Positions 40,565 through 52,300 of a stretch of 64,000 bases of DNA are shown piece by piece. A program made the translations under genes and the position numbers. The DNA lies in NCBI RefSeq assembly GCF_018977255.1, contig NW_024704742.1, forward strand, positions 127,164,001 through 127,228,000. The letters run 5' to 3'. The stretch is from Callorhinchus milii (taxonomy: Eukaryota). Position 1 is the first letter of the stretch. The number at the start of each line of letters is the position of its first letter. The notes beneath the pieces are model-generated. The model was not told where the DNA came from, searched no databases, and saw only the letters and a program-made list of their open reading frames with translations.

Positions 40565-40829
40565 GTAGGTATTTCTCTAATGAATGTTTTACTTCATCTC
40601 ATTCTCGTGCTGTATGGTTTCTGTAGCTTTGTCACATAACATGTATTCTTAATTTGTTCTTCGGATGCAACAACAATGCAAGTTGTTGTTAGGAATACTC
40701 TTTTCCTTCATTCAATTTCACTCTATGCAGTTATATGTGTAGAACTTTATAACAAAAGTAATAAAAGTTCTTTCAACGTAATTTCAGTCACTTGTGAACA
40801 CGTGGATAAAACTTAGACACAGTAACTTG

Positions 40830-43800
40830 GTGTGTGTGTGGGCGGAGTAGAGGTTGAGGAGAGTCGGGGAGCGGCGGCAGGACAGCGCGGGGAGGAGCCT
40901 GGGCCTACTGACCCAGGTACTTAAACTCGACGCCGGAGCGAGTGCAGCTAGGGAGGGGAGGGAGGGTGGGGGCGGAGCGGGGAACTGCGACGTCATAGAT
41001 TAGTTTTCAGGTGAGTGCGCGCGCACAAAAAAAAAAAAAAAAAAAAACCTCTGCGCCCCCCCCCCCCAGGGCTCACATCAGAGCCCACTATGGTCCTGTT
41101 GGGTTCGATGCCCCAATCTGCGGGATAATGCCATCCACCTGACCGCTCGCTCCCGGTCCCCGCGTGCGCACTATGGCTGCCGCTTTGACCCGAGCCCCCT
41201 CACCCCTCCCTCCCGCCCCCTCCTCTCTCCCCCCAAACCCTCCCCCCTCTCCATCTCTCCCGCTCTCTCCTCCTCTCTCTCCGTCCCTCTCGTCTTCTAT
41301 CCCCACTTGACCCTCCCACAACCTCCCTCTGTTCCAGTCTGGAATCCTCCGCCGCACTCACCGCGGCACTCGGCGTTGGCTGTCCAGCAGCAGCCACACC
41401 GACTGCCCCATCCCCACACTCTCGCCAGCCACCCCGGGCACAGACCCGGGGAGTCAACCTCTCCTCCCTCATCCCCATCTCCCCCACCCCTGCCCTCACA
41501 ACCTGGACCCCCCTCCCCTCCCACACACCCTTCTGTCAACCGCTCCCTCCACATCGGACTGCAAAATGTCCGCTCCCTCTGCAACAAGACCCTGGTCATC
41601 AACGATCTCATCCTTGATGAGAACGTTGATATCATGGCCTTGACAGAAACGTGGCTCACCCCAGGCGACACTTCCCCTCACGGAGGCCACGCCACCCGGC
41701 TACACCTCCCACCACATCCCCCGCCCCAACCGCCGTGGCGGTGGTGTTGCCCTTATCTCAAGGACACCACTTGCCCTATCCCCCTACTCCTCTGGCTCTT
41801 TCCCCTCCTTCGAGCACCTCACCCTCTCCCACCCCTCATTCCTCTCCCTTAAAATCCTCCTCCTCTACCGGCCCCCTAAAACCTCTCCCACCTTCATCTC
41901 TGACATTTCAACACTCCTCACATCTCTTTGCCTCTCCTCTGATCGCCTCATCATCCTGGGCGACTTTAACCTACACTTCACCCCCTCCTGCTCCATCTCC
42001 ACAGACTTCTCTTCCCTGCTCTCCTCACTCAACCTTTCCCTACACATAAACTCCCCCACTCACAGTCACGGCCACCCACTCGATTTGGTGATCACCCGGG
42101 GCCTCAGTGTCTCGGATGTCACTATTACCGACAAGGCCATCTCCGACCACTACTTCATCTCCTTCACCACCTCCACCCCCCTCCCCACCTCCACCAGACC
42201 CACCACCATCTTCTACCGCCCTTGGAAGAAGTTACCCCCACAATCCCTAACCGATGCCTTGGAGTCCTCTGAACTCCTCTCCCTCTGGCCTTCAACCCTC
42301 ACCGACCCCTCTTCTCCTCTCTCCCTCCTCCACAATATCCTCTCCTCCACACTCGATACTCTTGCCCCCATCACTTCCCGCACTGTCTCCTACTCCCGCT
42401 CCACCCACCTCCGCTCACTGAAATGCCAGGTGCGGGCTGCTGAGCGCACCTTTGTCAAATCCGGCTTAACGGTCCACCGACAAATCTGGCTGGACCTCCT
42501 CAAAATTTACCGCTCCACTCTAGCCTCGGCCAAGTCGTCCTTCTACTCCAGGATAATCCTGGAGGCGAAGAACAACCCCAGGCTACTGTTTTCCACCACA
42601 TCCCGACTCCTCCGTCCCCCCGCCACCCCGCGCAGGTCATCTCCTCCAACCTTCACTGCGAGGAGATGCTGGATTTCCTTGAATCCAAGATCAAGGGAAT
42701 CCGCTCCGCGGTCACTTCCCCTCCAACTTCCACCCACCACCCACCCCTTCCCTCCCACACTCCGACTCCTACCCATCCTCCCCTACACACCTTCGTACCC
42801 GTTTCCCCACCCTCTGTCACTGAACTCATCCTATCCCTAAAACCAACCACCTGCTCCCTTGACCCCATCCCCACTCCACTCCTTATCTCCCAGCTCCACT
42901 TTCTTGCCCCACACATCACTGACATCATAAACCTGTCCCTCTCCTCTGGCTCTGTCCCCATTCCATTAAAAACTGCCATCATCACGCCCACCCTGAAAAA
43001 ACCCTCCCTTGATGCGTCGCAGCTATCAAGCTACCGGCCCATCTCCAACCTCCCCTTTCTCTCCAAGGTCTTGGAAAGAGTTGTCGCCTCCCAACTGCGC
43101 TCTTTCCTCTCCACCCATTCTCTTTTTGAACCCCTTCAGTCAGGTTTCCGTGCTGCTCATAGCACAGAAACTGCCCTGGTCAAGGTCACCAATGATATCC
43201 TGACCATCTGTGACCAGGGCTCCCTCTGTCTCCTCGTCCTCCTCGACCTATCGGCAGCATTCGATACGGTCGACCACGCTATCCTACTCCACCGCTTGTC
43301 CTCCCACCTCAACCTTCAAGGCACTGTCCTTGAATGGTTTAGCTCTTACCTTTCCCACCGTCTTCACTTCGTCTCAACGAATGGCTTCTCCTCCACCCCC
43401 CGTACTGTCTCATGTGGTGTCCCTCAGGGCTCTGTCCTCGGTCCCCTCCTCTTCACCCTCTATATGCTCCCCCTTGGTGACATCATCCGCAAACATGGGG
43501 TTAACTTCCACATGTATGCGGATGACACCCAACTCTACCTTTCCTCCTCTACTCTCAACTCCACGACCACCGATGTCCTGACAGCCTGCCTGTCCGACAT
43601 CGAGTCCTGGACGAGAGACAACTTTCTTCAGCTCAACGTGCGAAAAACCGAGGCCCTCCTGATTGGCTCACGTCAGCGCCTCCGCACCTCAGGCGCTGAC
43701 ACCATCAGCATCCAAGGCTGCACTCTCCACCTCTCAAAGCCAGTCAGGAACCTCGGCGTTTTGTTCGACCCTGAGCTGTCCTTTCTCCCTCACATCCGCA

Positions 43801-44602
43801 CCACAACTGGCACCGCCTTCCATCACCTCCGGAATATCGCCAGATTACGGCACTACCTCACCCCTCACGCTGCTGAAACCCTGGTTCACGCCTTTGTCAC
43901 CTCAAGGCTGGACTATGGGAACTCTCTCCTCGCCGGCCTTCCCGGCACCTCCCTCCACAAGCTGCAGGTCATTCAGAACTCTGCAGCTCGTGTACTGTCC
44001 CGCACCAGGCTTCGGGACCACATCACTCCCACCCTCGCTCGCCTCCACTGGCTCCCCATCCCCCAGAGGATTGATTTCAAGATCCTCATCCTCACCTACA
44101 AGGCCATTCACGGCCTTGCTCCCTCCTACCTCTCCAACCTACTATCCCCCTACCTACCTGCCCGTACCCTCCGTTCCTCTGGCTCCGGTCTGCTCCACGT
44201 CCCCCGCCCCAACCGCCCTACTATCGGTGGTCGGGCCTTCAGCCTCTCAGCCCCGAGGCTCTGGAACTCCATCCCCCAGTGCCTTCGCCTTGCTTCCTCC
44301 CTTTCCTCCTTCAAGGCCGGTCTCAAAACCTTTCTCTTTGACCGTGCCTTCAGCTCCCCTCTCGACTCTCTTCCTCCTCCTCGCTCCCTCCCTTCCCTCC
44401 CCTCACCCTGACCATTTCCCCCTCCTCGCTCCCTCCCCTCCCCTGACCATTTCCCCCTCCTCTCTCCCTCCCTTCCCTCCCCTCACCCTGACCATTTCCC
44501 CCCTGCTCGGGTCATGACCCAACTGTGCAGCGCCTTGGGACGTCCTCCTGACGTGAAAGGCGCTCTATAAATGGAATCTTGTTGTTGTTGTTGTTGTTGT
44601 TG
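40830..44602 (+). mobile_element. Near-full-length L2-clade LINE: GC-rich leader, single APE+RT ORF with frameshifts, 3' minisatellite, stem-loop, (TTG)n
   Basis: APE motifs LQNVRSL, DIMALTETWL, RGGGVA, ILGDFN, SDH; RT motifs [20 protein letters not shown]2-type HITP.L..LHWLP; 5' boundary approximate. Confidence 0.95.
42666..44411 (+). CDS. L2 reverse transcriptase portion of the ORF (581 aa, open)
   Basis: Uninterrupted RT domain in the ORF track; frameshifted from the upstream APE part near 41675 and 42620. Confidence 0.9.
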   Translation: MLDFLESKIKGIRSAVTSPPTSTHHPPLPSHTPTPTHPPLHTFVPVSPPSVTELILSLKPTTCSLDPIPTPLLISQLHFLAPHITDIINLSLSSGSVPIPLKTAIITPTLKKPSLDASQLSSYRPISNLPFLSKVLERVVASQLRSFLSTHSLFEPLQSGFRAAHSTETALVKVTNDILTICDQGSLCLLVLLDLSAAFDTVDHAILLHRLSSHLNLQGTVLEWFSSYLSHRLHFVSTNGFSSTPRTVSCGVPQGSVLGPLLFTLYMLPLGDIIRKHGVNFHMYADDTQLYLSSSTLNSTTTDVLTACLSDIESWTRDNFLQLNVRKTEALLIGSRQRLRTSGADTISIQGCTLHLSKPVRNLGVLFDPELSFLPHIRTTTGTAFHHLRNIARLRHYLTPHAAETLVHAFVTSRLDYGNSLLAGLPGTSLHKLQVIQNSAARVLSRTRLRDHITPTLARLHWLPIPQRIDFKILILTYKAIHGLAPSYLSNLLSPYLPARTLRSSGSGLLHVPRPNRPTIGGRAFSLSAPRLWNSIPQCLRLASSLSSFKAGLKTFLFDRAFSSPLDSLPPPRSLPSLPSP

Positions 44603-45634
44603 AGGCCAGTTGTAACATGCTGCCCAGGATGAATTTGCTAGTGTCCAGTCTGTGTGGCTTAGTGATGCACTTTATCCCCTAGTGAAAGGCGCTATACATT
44701 TGTATAGCGCCTTTCACGTCGGGAGGACGTCCCAAGGCACTGGACAGCATACAGCATTTCAGACCCGAGCTGGGGTCAGGGAGGGAGAAGGGCTTTTATA
44801 GCGCTGATTCAATTATGATACAGTTCTGTGTTGACCCAAATTGCCGCAGACGTGCAGTTTACGTTAAAATGGATGACTTCTGCCTTTGCTCAAGTACGTG
44901 CACAGGAAGTGACTTTGGCGAAGACCTCAATGATCTGGAAGTTGGCCATTTTAGCTTTCAGTGCGTTTTTTAAAAAAAAACTTGCATATAATTGATGATA
45001 TCACTTCTTGCTTCAACCATGCCCAGCACACAGGAAATGATGTTGGTTGGGACCTGATGACCTGGAAGTTGGCTGTTTTTTTTGAATGGAGGTCAGCCAG
45101 CTGCTCATCTTGGCCTTATTATCACATGAGTTGGGATTTTATGGATTCCTCCCCCTCCCAACCTTTGCCAGATAATAAAGCTTCACTGTATTCACAAGAA
45201 GATTCAACCAATATAACTATGTTTGAGCATGTATTGGTTGACCTTTAGTTCTGATTATTGACTTCCAAACAATTTAAAAAAAGCAAACGTGTGTTGTGAT
45301 GTTTCCCTGGGAGGAGAGCATTCTAAACATGTTATTTATGGGAGTGCTCCTGTTGTACAGTGGAATTACTTGCTGCATTTATCCAAGAATAGCACAAGTC
45401 AGCCTTTTCATCAGAAGCAAATAACTCGTTGACATGATCGCATTTCAAAGTGTAATGTATTTCAACATAGGATTAAATGTTATGCTACAAAAAGTTTCTA
45501 TTTGGTTTTGTTGCAAATAATCACTTCCAAAGTTCATAGTTGATTCTAATATTTGCATTTGAAAAATCTTTTTAATGTAATTTAAGAATTAATTTTCTTT
45601 GTTTCTGTCCGCTGCTAAAATGTTGTGCAATCAG

Positions 45635-45811
45635 GACCCAGAAGTTGTCTCTCAGATCGACATGGTACCAACTCTGGCTCTTTTGCTTGGTGTTCCCATT
45701 CCATACAGTAATATTGGCATGGTGATGGCAGACATGTTTACTGCTGGAGCAATACCACATGGCATAAATCATCATAAACTGGCTAAAGCACTTCAAATTA
45801 ATGCAATACAG
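45635..45811 (+). CDS. PIGO: PIGO exon
   Basis: DPEVVSQIDMVPTLALLLGVPIPYSNIG...ALQINAIQ; 177 nt. Confidence 0.97.
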
Positions 45812-46630
45812 GTAAAGTAACAATAATAATATCCTTGCATTTGATTTAGTGCCTTATCATGTCAGAAGGATGTCTCAAAGTGCTTCACAGGATCCACTAG
45901 GAAATGAAGTGAATGACCTATTTTATCTGGAGGATTGTTTCAATGTGTCTAAAGTCTTTAACGCATGAAGAAATAGATTCAGATCATTTGGTAAAATTTA
46001 TGGCTACTTGTTTTAGTCTCAGACATAATTGGTTTAGAACTTAGATTGACTAAATTAGGCTGTATTTTCTTATAATAATAATCCTTGTATTTGATATGCA
46101 AGTATTTTATATTATATGTTGGAAATCTGTATGCTATTCTATAACCAATGAGAGATGACACAGTGAGTCCCTGAGTTTGACTGTGCAATCTTAAAGAGAC
46201 ATTAAACAGGGGAAAGGATTAAGAGATTGTCATATTAGGCTGAGTTTGAGTACTTCCTGTGGGCCTTTGGAGATTGGCATTTGTTTGAATCTGGTTTCCA
46301 GTCTGTCCGTTCAACTGAGGAAGGTGCACAGCATGAGTAGACGTGAGGAAGATGCAAAAAAAAACTCATCTTGAAAAGAAAACCTTTCAACCAAGAAAAC
46401 AATTACAAATCCAAGTCAATAGAAACATTTATGTATGATCAACAGCTATTCCCTTCACACCCCATTTTCAATACTATATTCAGTGATCTCTATCGTCCAC
46501 AAGATCATTCATAGTGTGAAGTGCAGGATCTTCGGCTGAATGGAAAAAAAATTCTTCTGATCGTTTTTAGTACTGTAGTGTTTTCATGAAATGAGGGGTG
46601 ACATTTTACCTTTAGGTATTTGTTTTGCAG

Positions 46631-48227
46631 GTGAACAGGTTTTTGGAATCCTATTCTCACGTTGCCAAAGATCTCCCAGTGGAAAAGCTGGAACAGCTAA
46701 AGGCATTATTTTCCAAGGCGATGGCTGAATATAATAACCTGATAACAGGGCTGGGACCTTCTGAAAACACTACCCTCGAACAAGATCTTTTAAGGTTTCA
46801 GAAGCTGTCATCTGTCCTGCAGTGGTACTTAAAGGCGACCAGGGAAATGTGCCAAGAATCATGGGCACGATTTAATGTCTCACACATGCTGTTTGGTGTT
46901 GCACTTCTAGCCGCTGCGTGCCTGCAATGTTTCCTCATATCTGAAATCGCTTCAATATTCAAAACCTTATACAAAGAGCTGCTTTTGTATCCAGTAATCT
47001 GGGGCCTGGCCTCAGGATTGATGTTTTGTCTCTGGGGGCTGCTATCTGGCACAGTGGTGAACCCTCTGATAATATGTTGCTGGATCGCTGCCGGGTCACA
47101 CCTGGGCTTCCATTGGCACCTCTGGAGATCTAACAATCACATTTCAAATAAACTGACCCAAATTTCCAATTCTCCGACTCAACAGAAATGGAAAAGTTGG
47201 TCAAAACTCTCAGGAGCCTTAGGAATTCTGCTCCTGAGGTGCACAGCTATGTTCTCCAATAGCTTTGTAGTAACTGAGGGACAAGTTGTGTCATTCCTTT
47301 TGAAATCTATTGTGACTTTTACAGTAGTGAAGCTTAAATGGGAGGGTAAATTTACAAATCCTAGCCTGAACACACCATTTGTGCCAGAGACTCAGAAAAA
47401 CCCTGCGTCAGTTTCCTGTAGGCGAGAATGTTTTTACTTACTTGGGTTCCTGGTTGCCTTCTTTCTCTGTGTTATCTTCTCCAAGAGCTTTTATAACTGT
47501 CGTGAAGAGCTAATGAACTGTGAGCCCTCCCCTTTCCTCAAACCTTTGTCCAGTTTAAAGTACAGTCAAGAAAGGAATTTCCATTATATCCTATCTATAT
47601 CGTCACTTGCAATCCTGGTCTACCTCATACGAAAATGGTTCCTTCATTATGGAAACCTCAACAGCTCCCATCTACTCGTGTTGTTTGTCCGTTTGGGCTT
47701 CCCACTTATTGTACTTTGCTTGTGCGGCTTTTGGGCTGTGAATGCTGCTCCAGAAGAAACTTCCGTTAAGCTCCAAGATCTGATAAAGGAGATTGTAGTG
47801 GTGGTTCCAGGTATTGTTTGTGGACTGGTTGTGACGGGCTTCCTAATAGTCCTGTGGAACCCGATCACTGTGTTTGTGAAGGACAGCAGGCAGTCTGATG
47901 AAACTCTCATTACTTCATACAAAGGTTCTTCTAGAGTGGAAGATGACTCCCTGCATGTAATCCCACAGATATACCGTAAAATGCAGCAATCGATGAACGT
48001 TCATTTTAGTGGCAACTACGATGAGAAGCCAACAGTGACCGCTTACGGCTTAGGGACAGTGTACTCTGCTGCCCTCCTCACAGTGCTCACTCTGTTGACG
48101 CTGTTGCTGATAATGCTGCACAATGAGAGAATGGCACTTGCATTCCTACTGCTGTTCTTGGAGGGATTTTCTTTCCTTGAAATACATGGGACAGCGAGGA
48201 ACCTTTCAGTGGCGGCCAGTAACTTGG
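46631..48227 (+). CDS. PIGO: PIGO large internal exon (1597 nt, multi-pass transmembrane region)
   Basis: VNRFLESYS...MCQESWARF...FSNSFVV...IPQIYRKMQ...AYGLGTVYSAA; AG/GT boundaries with consistent phase. Confidence 0.97.
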
Positions 48228-48411
48228 GTACGTTGCAGTCCGCAGGATCTAACTTTAAAAGATACTTGTTAACCATGTGATAATTTTGTGAGGATATTAT
48301 AGATGTTTTATTTGTTGTGCGTGAATCAAAGGCCTTTCACTCACAAATACTTTTGCATTTCATGTTAGAACTAAATATATCCCTGATTGTGCAAATCTTG
48401 TGTTTATTAAT

Positions 48412-48590
48412 AACAACAACAAGAAGATTCCATTTATAGAGCGCCTTTCACGTCGGGAGGATGTCCCAAGGCGCTGGACAGTTGGGTCAGGACCCGAGCA
48501 GGGGGGAAATGGTCAGGGTGAGGGAAGGGAGGGAGTGAGGAGGGGGTAGAGAGTCGAGAGGGGAGCTGAAGGCACGATCAAAGAGAAAGA
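48412..48590 (-). mobile_element. L2 3' end fragment followed by a SINE tail
   Basis: Tail, stem-loop and one minisatellite unit. Confidence 0.85.
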
Positions 48591-51098
48591 AATAATAATA
48601 TTAATGCTTACATTTGATATAGGTCTTTCCCATCTGGAGGATGTCTCAAAGCGCTTCACAAGATATACTGTAAAGTGCTGTGATTGTGCTTTTGAAGGCA
48701 ATCAAAATTTGTTGAATATATAAGAATTTTTAGAAACAGGAAGGTTTTATTGGACCAAAGAGCCTGTTTTTAAAGCACAAATGCCTGCTGGAGTTCAGTT
48801 CTATTGGCACCAGCTGTTATTGACTAACGTGTCAGAATGGCCAGTCTTTAGAGTGAAAAGTGTGGTGTGAAAATTTGCTGGATTTCAGCAGAATGGTTTG
48901 GCCGAAAGCCAGCCTCAATGTATCAGTGGCTACTATTGCTGTTGCCAACTACAGAGCACAGCAGTTGACTAGCACTTCCCAGAACACTGGTTTAATTGAT
49001 AGTTACCACGTCACCATGTTACGTTTTAACTCCATATTGTGTGAGTTGAAACAATGAGTGTTATCATGGGGGAAGGCATCACAGCAAAGCCACAACATTT
49101 CTTTGAGATAAAACTAGGTAAAACTTAGAATCAATCAAAATCTTTGTTAACTATTCGATATTCCTGTGTGTCAGCCTGTCTCAGCTAGTAACATACTTGC
49201 CTCTGAGTGAAGATTGTGGGTTCAAGACCACCTTGGAACTTTGAGCTTATCGACTAGCCCAGTGGTGGCCAAGCTTTATGGCCGACTAACCAAATAAATT
49301 GTTTAATACATAAGAATTTTTAGAAATTCTTCGTACACCAGCAGCTTTCTGGTGTAGGCAGTGGATACTCTTGAATTCTAGAAGATACTCTGACAGCAGA
49401 TGACAGTGCATTGTGTACTTTGCATAGGAGAACAGGAGCAGGAGGAAGCCATTTATTGAGCCTGTTCCACCAGCTTATTAGACCTTGGCAGGTCTTTGAA
49501 TCCCAATGCCGCACTCTGTCGCTATTATCCCTTTACCACGACAGTTTGTGAGACACTGCTATGCGCAATTGGCTGCCGTGTTTCGCCCACAAAAGTATAC
49601 AGTTAATTCACTTTACAGTATACACTGTGAAGTGCTTTGAGATGTCTCGAAGATGTGATAAGGCGCTATATTAATGCAAGAATTATTATTATACCTCTAC
49701 TACAGTACTGCAAAATAAATTTAGTTATGGTCAGAAACATAATCTGGTGGGCCAGATTCTAAAATAAAGGAGAAAAATATGTTTCTTTTAAAAATGTTTT
49801 GAAAGGAAATGCTTGTTTTTTGGTGCATGTGAAGTAATTATCGTTAACACCCTCAGATTAGCCCCACAATAAGGTGTGTACTATGACATTCCAGTCCTCT
49901 TTCCATTTTGTCTTCTTCCAACCCCCCATAATTATATTTCCCCTTGAATTCTTCAGTGATGTTTTCATCTTCCTGTCCATTTCCTGCTGTAGACGGGATG
50001 ATAATAATGATAATAATAGGGGATATTCTGAAGGTCAAAGAATGGATTGGCTCGACTATTGGGTTCATGTTATGGCCTCAAAAGCCTTTCTCTAAATGAA
50101 GAGATGGAGCCCTCCTCCATCCAGCAGTCTGTAAGGAAACTAATCAATTTGATGGAAACTGGTGTGAATATCAGATAAGGCATAGATTCAAACTCCCTGA
50201 TTCCAGGTTTGAAGTTTCATTCAGAAGTTAAGGGATCTCTAAATGTTAGAAAATGCTGTGAGGTCACCCAACAATCTGGATTGTTTATCTCCATTTAGTG
50301 TTAATCTCATCTGAACTCAGCCAGGATTGAATATTAAGAGTATTATAGTAGCAATAATAATCATTCCATTTGATTATAAAGCCATTCATGCCATAGAGCT
50401 TCAAGGACTTACTGTAAAGTATAGGCAAAACTAGGCAACCAATTTGCGCGTAACAATGCCAACAAACTGACATTTGGGAAGTAAATGACCAATTTTATCT
50501 GGGGTGTTGTTGAGAGAGTGTATTGTGAGCTTTAACATGTAGACAAGACCTCAATTTAGCATCTCATTCGAAGTCCAGTACCACCATCAATACTGCCCCA
50601 GTACTGTATTGGAGCGTGTCCAGATTGAGTTTGGGGTTTGAATCTATAACCTGACTCACGGGGCAAGATTGATATCAAATGAGACAGGCTGACACCTGAA
50701 AATTAATTCTTTTTTGTGATTAAATACTTTGCAGCATTACTTTACACTCACCTTCAGAGTGTCCTTCATTTTCACAGGAAATAATGGGCTGCATTTTTTT
50801 GGAGTAAATTTACTGAATGTTATCAATAACCACCGAAGACTTGGTTGAATTGCATGTACAATATATTGTTAAATGTGAGGCTCTCAGCTTTGTGCAGTCT
50901 GATCTTTGTAGTGCAGAAGTACAAAACATTTGCTGATATGTGCATTGCTGTGGTAGATTGCTGAGTAGCTGCTTTTCGCAGCGAATATTATTCATTGTGA
51001 TTTAGTTGGCAGCAGGGAATTCTGCTAAGCATCGTTTTCTCACAATGTGTAATTCAGTACTGATTCATCTATCTCTTGTTTTTTTTTCTCTTTTTCAG

Positions 51099-51302
51099 GA
51101 TATTTTACTGTTCCTTGGTATGCAGTTACAGCCTGGGCTTTTTCAGCTACACAGTTCTTTTACGCAACCGGCCACCAACCAACGTTCCCAGCGATCCACT
51201 GGAATGCTGCTTTTGTTGGATTCAGTGAAGGACACACCTCCAACATATTGCCAGCACTCATGGTGGGAATGAACACATTTGCTTCTCATATTTTGTTTGC
51301 AG
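51099..51302 (+). CDS. PIGO: PIGO exon
   Basis: [40 protein letters not shown]...[10 protein letters not shown]; 204 nt. Confidence 0.97.
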
Positions 51303-52300
51303 GTAATTACTTTATTGCTTGAAAAGTGCCCACAACAAATTTGGATACATTGTTTTGCAAACATTTTATCGAATTGAAATAAATGTATTGTAATATGAGC
51401 TAAGAGAAGTGATATTCACACAATGTTGGATCTGCCATCAGCAACCTGATTTTTGGATAATGTTTTTGCATATGCATATTTGCATATAAGCTCATAATTC
51501 ACTGCAACATTTCAAGCAACCATTAAGAAATGCTGAGACGTGGCTCAGCATATTGGGGTCTAAAATGCTTCATTCACAAACTGGATATTTTTGCACTAAT
51601 TTGACTTCTCCTTTGAAGTTGAAATTGTAGGAATCACTGATGTATAGTGTGTGGAATAGAAATATGTTGTAATCTCAAACACAGCAGAAGCTATTTGTGA
51701 CCAGTGTTCTACTTTCTGACTTTCATGTCTGACTTATTGAGCCTTGTTCGGGCGGGAAACAGCAAAACGCCTGCAGTAAAACTGACTTCTGGTTTGCCAT
51801 TGTGGCAGGTGTTTTGAGTTTGGATATTTTCTTGTCCTCGGAAAGGAAAACAGCTTTTATGATCAATATTTGTTCGTGAATCCCGCATTTTCAATTGCAA
51901 CCCAGGGATGTAATTGGCATTGCAACGTCTGGTTTAAATCCCACATTTATATTAAGCTTAATGTATATTTGTATATTTTATTGTGAATTTATAACTTAAG
52001 ATTTTCGATAACATTCTCCCCTAATAATCGGGGTTTCACAAAGAGAGACAGAATGGTGGACACAAAGAGAGAAGAACATTGTCTCTTACCTTTTAGTTAC
52101 AAGCCCATGAACCTGCAGATAATTTATTGCCTTTATATTACCTTTATTTATTTCTTTTCTACCTTACAGTGTGAGCGTTCCCTTTCTTCCTTTCTTCTAT
52201 TTTATTCCGCCTGGCTAGTTGTAAAAACACAGCAAATGTGTCAGTGTTCACAGGTGCATTGCAACCTTTGGCTGACTTTTCAGTTCTATTCTTGAGGTAG

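Noticed and set aside
41069..41170. HDV-like or hammerhead ribozyme at the L2 5' end
   Set aside because: Only simple hairpins were found; I could not build the nested pseudoknot or find a CUGANGA/GAAA core by eye
44529..44564. Recurrent palindromic 36-mer resembling a CRISPR repeat or terminator
   Set aside because: Dispersed and irregularly spaced; it is the L2/SINE 3' stem-loop in a eukaryotic genome
46798..48276. Antisense ORFs within the large PIGO exon
   Set aside because: Short shadow ORFs of a coding exon with no recognisable motifs
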